64,000 nt of DNA from Candidatus Izemoplasmatales bacterium. Its GTDB lineage: Bacteria; Bacillota_I; Bacilli_A; Izemoplasmatales; Hujiaoplasmataceae. Numbering within the stretch: the first letter of the stretch is position 1; each line of letters begins with the position of its first letter. The stretch is taken from the NCBI GenBank assembly GCA_050949045.1, contig JBMNEZ010000001.1, positions 288,001 to 352,000 of the forward strand, written 5' to 3'. Positions 59,367 to 64,000 of this stretch are shown here, in pieces. The notes below the pieces were generated by a model. The model saw only the letters and a list, made by a program, of their open reading frames with translations. It made no database searches and was not told the DNA's origin. Made by a program: the position numbers and the translations under genes.

Positions 59367-60086
59367 TCATTGAGTGTTCTCTTCAAGCGAATCGAGCCCG
59401 AGTTTGACATTGATTTTCAAGAACAGTTGTTGAACCTTGTCGATGGCACTGCTTTTTCTTAAGAGCCAGTAGAAACCTTCGGCGAGGACGACAGCGGAGA
59501 TGAAATCGATGATATAATGCTGTTTGAGGGTTTGGGTGGAAACACAGATTAGGAACGCAAAGACGATGATGCCGATCTTGATCCATTTCGGCATCTCTTT
59601 GTCCATTCTGGTTCCCAGAATACAAAGCCAGCTCATCAGGCAGTGCATCGAGGGATTGGCGTTCCTAGCGCCTGCCGAATTGTAGATCCAAAAAACGAAA
59701 GACTCGGTGAAGTTGAGATCGTTCCTGGTGAAGAGGCCTGAAGTTTCCCGCCAGGCTTGGACATCGGTTTGAAAGAAGAAATATATCAGACCAGTTATGG
59801 TAAAAGTTATCATAATCAAAAGGACGAGGAAGGCAAGATTCCGTCGCGAACGATAGCCAATGTAGAAGAAACATCCCACCCAGAAAGGAAAAGCGAGCAC
59901 GTAAATGTAGATTGTCCAAGGAATGAAGGGAACAGCCTGATTGACTTTGAGTAAGATCCAGCTTAAATCGTCGCCGACAATGCCTTGAACTTCAGAATAC
60001 CACTGATTTCCCCAGTAAGAGATGATTTGCATGATGATGACGATCGTAAAGGGAATGATCATGTATTTGAAGCGGCTTTTTTCCAT
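59367..60086 (-). CDS. PAP2-superfamily membrane protein
   Basis: NPSMH and STQTLKQHYIID motifs, multiple TMs. Confidence 0.8.
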   Translation of the reverse strand: MEKSRFKYMIIPFTIVIIMQIISYWGNQWYSEVQGIVGDDLSWILLKVNQAVPFIPWTIYIYVLAFPFWVGCFFYIGYRSRRNLAFLVLLIMITFTITGLIYFFFQTDVQAWRETSGLFTRNDLNFTESFVFWIYNSAGARNANPSMHCLMSWLCILGTRMDKEMPKWIKIGIIVFAFLICVSTQTLKQHYIIDFISAVVLAEGFYWLLRKSSAIDKVQQLFLKINVKLGLDSLEENTQ

Positions 60087-60269
60087 TAACTTACCTCGAA
60101 AGACATTATTATGTTTCATTATACTTGCAATTTATTAATATGGCAAGCAGGAACTGGCCTTAGTGAAAAAAGAACTCATTTGCGTTCGAAATGCAAGAGT
60201 TTATCAATACTAACAGTTGTTAAGATAAATCAGTTACCGGATACGCAACGGTTTGAGTTATGGGAATAC

Positions 60270-61043
60270 TTATAATGAATTCTCAAATGATATTTGATGT
60301 GATTTTTTCAGCGACTCAATGTCCAAGAGGCTCGCCGCATCATTGTCAATGATGATGTGGACATTTGGATGGGTTCTCAGAGCGCTTGCGGGGCGGGACG
60401 GGCTAATTTCGCCTTCCGACATCATTTTGATCGCCTCGGCTTTTTGTTTTCCGAAAGCGATAAGCACGATTTGTTTTGCTTGGAGAATGTCGCGAATTCC
60501 CATGGTAATCCCTTTTTTTGGGACCATATCCACTGAGGGGAAAAATCTGGCGTTTGCAATGATAGTTGACTTTGTCAGGTCGACAACTTGTGTTCTCGAG
60601 GAGAATGAAGTGCCTGGTTCATTGAAACCGATATGGGAGTTCTGGCCAATGCCAAGAACCTGCAAATCTCGGGGAAGCGAGTCGATCAGTTTGTCGTAGC
60701 GGACACATTCCTGTTCTAGGTCGGGCGCAATGCCAGATGGCAAATGGCATCTATCCAAAGCTAGTCCCAACGGAGAAAACAAATGTTCGCTCATGAAAGT
60801 GTAGTACGATTGTGGATCATTTGGCGGTAATGTGACATACTCATCCAGGTTGATCGTCTGGATTTGATCATAGACAGTGCCACACTTCAGACGATCTTCG
60901 ACGATCAGTTGATAAACTCTAATTAGTGATTCACCCGTAGCCAATCCCAAAACGGCATCCCTTTTCGCCAATACTACAGTTTTTATGATTTTAAACGTTT
61001 CATGACTGGCAGCTTCTTTTGAGGACGAGATATGAAATATCAT
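60270..61043 (-). CDS. nagB: Glucosamine-6-phosphate deaminase
   Basis: LGLATG, NLDEY, LGIGQNSHIGFNEPG, ITMGI, PAS. Confidence 0.95.
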   Translation of the reverse strand: MIFHISSSKEAASHETFKIIKTVVLAKRDAVLGLATGESLIRVYQLIVEDRLKCGTVYDQIQTINLDEYVTLPPNDPQSYYTFMSEHLFSPLGLALDRCHLPSGIAPDLEQECVRYDKLIDSLPRDLQVLGIGQNSHIGFNEPGTSFSSRTQVVDLTKSTIIANARFFPSVDMVPKKGITMGIRDILQAKQIVLIAFGKQKAEAIKMMSEGEISPSRPASALRTHPNVHIIIDNDAASLLDIESLKKSHQISFENSL

Positions 61044-61258
61044 TTGGGATACTCCTTGTCAAAAAAACAATTATTTGAGAGACCGTGTAAAAAGCAATAC
61101 ATGGTTAATGTTATACTCTTAAAAAATTATATCAATAATGAAGTGTGTTTGTCAATTTTTTGCTAGGGATTTTGGTTAATCCAGCAATTATGGCAATTAT
61201 ATTGAAAACAAGTCAACCTTGTGATAAAATCAAATAAGTATTTTTAGGGGGTTAGGCA

Positions 61259-62125
61259 ATGTTTGGTATAAGAAGTGACGGAAAGCGCATTAAAACCATT
61301 GATCCGTTCATGAAAATCACGCCTCACATCATGGTTGAAAGATCCGATGCTCAGGTGATGTCGCTCTACGAGATCAACTGCAAGAAGATGGACGAGTATA
61401 TTTTCAAAAAACGCCATGAGGATAATCTGCGGTTTAATTACATGAATATCCTGATGGCTGCTTTTGTTAGAGTCTATGCTCTCCGGCCGGGCATCAACCG
61501 TTTCATCATGAACGGAAGGGTCTTCAAGCGCAACAACATCCAGATTTCTTTCGCTGTCAAGAAACAACTCCTTGACACCGCCGAAGAGACGACGATCAAG
61601 ATGACGTTCACCGGCAAGGAGAACATCTTTGACGTCAAAGAAATGATGGACCAGGAGATTGCTAAGAACACTACTAGATCCGCATACAACGAAACCGACA
61701 AACTCGCTAAGATTTTGACTAGGGTTCCCAACTTTTTAATCAAAATCTCCGTCGGCTTTTTGAAATGGTGCGACAAGCACGGCCTTTTGCCAAAATCAAT
61801 AATCAACGTCAGTCCTTTCCACACTTCTTTGTTTGTGACCAATATGAAATCGATCAAGATGGATTTCGTCTACCATCATCTATATAATTTCGGGACCACT
61901 TCCGCTTTTGTCTCGATGGGTAAGGAATCTTATCAACCAGTCGTCACCGACGCCGATAATGGCACTGTCGGCATCGCCAAGATCATGAAAGTCGGCATTG
62001 TCGTCGACGAACGTATCTGTGACGGTCTTTACAACAGCAATACGCTCAGAGAATTCAAGCGTTTGATGGAAAACCCTACGCTTTTAGAGGAACGTCTCGA
62101 AGCCATTGTCGAAGATATCAAATGA
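61259..62125 (+). CDS. Stand-alone 2-oxoacid-dehydrogenase E2/CAT-like acyltransferase domain protein
   Basis: RPGINRF, FVTNMKSI, VVDERICDG..LMENP. No lipoyl domain. Confidence 0.75.
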   Translation: MFGIRSDGKRIKTIDPFMKITPHIMVERSDAQVMSLYEINCKKMDEYIFKKRHEDNLRFNYMNILMAAFVRVYALRPGINRFIMNGRVFKRNNIQISFAVKKQLLDTAEETTIKMTFTGKENIFDVKEMMDQEIAKNTTRSAYNETDKLAKILTRVPNFLIKISVGFLKWCDKHGLLPKSIINVSPFHTSLFVTNMKSIKMDFVYHHLYNFGTTSAFVSMGKESYQPVVTDADNGTVGIAKIMKVGIVVDERICDGLYNSNTLREFKRLMENPTLLEERLEAIVEDIK

Positions 62126-62141
62126 CAACAATTTGAGGTGC

Positions 62142-62438
62142 ATGATGGTCAATATGCCTCTAGTAATAAAGTATGTGCCGCTTATCCTCGCAAGCGGAAG
62201 CCTCGGCGATATTCTGATCAAAGTTCTCGGGCTCTTAATCGGGATTGCATTCTTTTACATCGGGTTTCGCTTTTTATTTCGCAGCAAGCAAATTATCCAG
62301 GGAATCCAAAAGTATAAATACGACCGGGTGGCGCCACCAAGAAAAGAGGAAATCATCTTTTCTAGGATCATCGGTGTCTTGGTTATGCTATTGGGAGCCT
62401 ATTTCATTTTTATTGCGTCTCTGGCGCTTGCCAGTTGA
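62142..62438 (+). CDS. Small two-TM membrane protein
   Basis: GAGGTG RBS and two hydrophobic helices. Confidence 0.65.
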   Translation: MMVNMPLVIKYVPLILASGSLGDILIKVLGLLIGIAFFYIGFRFLFRSKQIIQGIQKYKYDRVAPPRKEEIIFSRIIGVLVMLLGAYFIFIASLALAS

Positions 62439-62544
62439 TTTTCGATTGGGAAAAACAGTTGCCTATTCAAGGGCTGTTTGTTACAATTGGATGTGCTGGA
62501 TGTGGATGTAACGGCAAATTGGGTTGCGGAAAAGGTGTGAGGAC

Positions 62545-62735
62545 ATGAACGCTGTCAGGGTAAACAAGCTTAAGAAAACATTTGGTGGCTCACTCCTATT
62601 TGGACCAGGTTTCTTTTCAACTAAACGACCGCGACAAAGTTGCCCTCGTTGGTGGCAATGACACCGGGAAGTCCGCGCTCTTGCGTATGCTTATTGGAGA
62701 GGAAGCCCCAGATTCTGGGACTTTTTTGTTTTAAT
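62545..62735 (+). pseudogene. Frameshifted N-terminal remnant of an ABC-F-type ATPase
   Basis: MNAVRVNKLKKTFGGSLLF / DQVSFQLNDRDKVALVGGNDTGKSALLRMLIGEEAPDSG across a frameshift near 62600, then stops. Confidence 0.72.
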
Positions 62736-63089
62736 AACGCTTGTAGGAAATCTCTTTGACAAGATGTCTTGAGTGACAAAGCCAACAGTTTGCTTGAAAA
62801 AACGCTTTGGCCTTCATAGACTTGCTTAGAATTTAAGATGAGATCAAGATTGATGTAAAAGACATGGAAAAGACGATTTATCGGGAAGTAAGATGTTGAT
62901 CGATGCCTTTGAAGCAGAAACAAAAGCATCGATCAGCAAAAGGAAATAATTGAATCATAATCAAAACTATTTGGCGACATCCTCGCTTGGCTATGATAAA
63001 ATATATAAATAACCAACTGTTATTATTAATCAAGTGACAAAGCCAGTATCTATCCATGCTTGGACAAGCATCCCCAGGGAGGGCATACC

Positions 63090-64000
63090 ATGATCGCAAA
63101 AATCAAAAAACAACTTCAAATTGAACTCGAAAGAGAGATCTCTGAACGTTTTTCAGTCAGCGCTCCCATCGTTGTTGAAGAGCCGAAAAGAGCCAATCAG
63201 GGCGATATTTCAGTCCCGGTGTTTCCGCTTGTCCGCACTTTGTCAAGACCGCTCGCAGAAGTGATCGATTTAGTTGGCGGTTTAATTAAAAGTTGTTCAA
63301 TCAGCGACTATTTCGAAAGCATCGAAACCATCCATGGTTTCATCAACATCACCTTCAAGAAGCAAAGGATCGCCCTCGGCGTGATCTCCGACTTCAAAGC
63401 CGGATTTGAGGATTTTTCTAAAAGTTCCATTGGCAAGGGCAAAGTCGTTTGCATCGACTACTCATCTCCTAATCTCGCCAGATCTTTCTCGATCGGCCAT
63501 CTTCGATCGACGATCATCGGGCACGCTCTGGGAAATATTCTTGAAAAATGCGGTTATCGAATCGTTAGGATCAACCATCTTGGCGATTTCGGCACGCAGT
63601 TTGGGAAAATCATCTATGCCTATCTCCATTACGGTTCTGAACCCGCGGTCAAGAAAAACCCGATTGCCGAACTTGAAAGGCTTTATGTCTTGTTTCATGA
63701 AAAAGCGAAGGAAAATCCCGAACTCGAGGACAGGGCAAGAGAAATCTTCCGCGATCTCGAACTAAACGATCCCCGCTACTGTGAATTGTGGTCTTGGTTC
63801 CGGGAGGTTTCGCTCAACGAATACAAGAAAGTCTATCGGAAACTGGGCGTCAGCTTCGATTCATATGACGGCGAGGCCTTTTATAACGACAAGATGGGCA
63901 AAGTCATCGAGGAACTGAAAGAAAAAGGACTTTTGGTCGAAGATGAGGGAGCGATGATTGTCGGTCTCGGCGATTCGCTGCCGCCGGCATTGATCCAGAA
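63090..64000 (+). CDS. argS: Arginyl-tRNA synthetase (3' partial, absent from the ORF track)
   Basis: Translated by hand from ATG 63090: GFINI, IDYSSPN..FSIGHLRSTIIG, INHLGDFGTQFGK, FDSYDGEAFY. Runs off the window. Confidence 0.95.
   Translation, partial: MIAKIKKQLQIELEREISERFSVSAPIVVEEPKRANQGDISVPVFPLVRTLSRPLAEVIDLVGGLIKSCSISDYFESIETIHGFINITFKKQRIALGVISDFKAGFEDFSKSSIGKGKVVCIDYSSPNLARSFSIGHLRSTIIGHALGNILEKCGYRIVRINHLGDFGTQFGKIIYAYLHYGSEPAVKKNPIAELERLYVLFHEKAKENPELEDRAREIFRDLELNDPRYCELWSWFREVSLNEYKKVYRKLGVSFDSYDGEAFYNDKMGKVIEELKEKGLLVEDEGAMIVGLGDSLPPALIQ

Noticed and set aside
61184..61200. gcaattat direct repeat between nagB and the E2-like gene
   Set aside because: Short and AT-rich, so not distinguishable from chance
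63406..63765. 119-aa ORF near the window end
   Set aside because: Out-of-frame overlap with argS, which the track missed because it has no stop in the window
1..64000. Mycoplasma-type genetic code (TGA = Trp)
   Set aside because: Many conserved genes end at TGA (mscS, proS, alaS, galE) and none needs TGA read-through

Overview
Chromosomal window of a Bacilli-related, probably wall-less bacterium. An Izemoplasmatales/Acholeplasma-like lineage is inferred from Bacillus-like synteny, TGA used as stop, and peptidoglycan genes missing from otherwise conserved operons. Bases 1 to ~7.6 kb form a visibly AT-richer accessory segment. It holds the 3' part of a large beta-helix (GH28/pectate-lyase-like) protein and an adjacent lipoprotein with a Thr-rich stalk. 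Together these two genes carry nine near-identical 471/474-bp domain repeats in two variants shuffled as mosaics, plus one older diverged copy, and they are followed by a GH2 remnant. The remaining ~56 kb is core genome: five aminoacyl-tRNA synthetases (aspS, proS, trpS and alaS with T-boxes, partial argS), galM-galE-galT, two-subunit fumarase, MarR + heterodimeric ABC exporter, rimO, amidohydrolases, ppa, HPr, pepF, spx, gap, pepP, recD2, the alaS-ruvX-trmR-U32-udk-greA-mtnN block, the yqeG-yqeH-yqeK-rsfS block, comEA-comEC-holA-rpsT, GH65, pyk and nagB. I saw no tRNA, rRNA, CRISPR array, transposase or reverse transcriptase. All calls come from motif recognition by eye; no database was searched.
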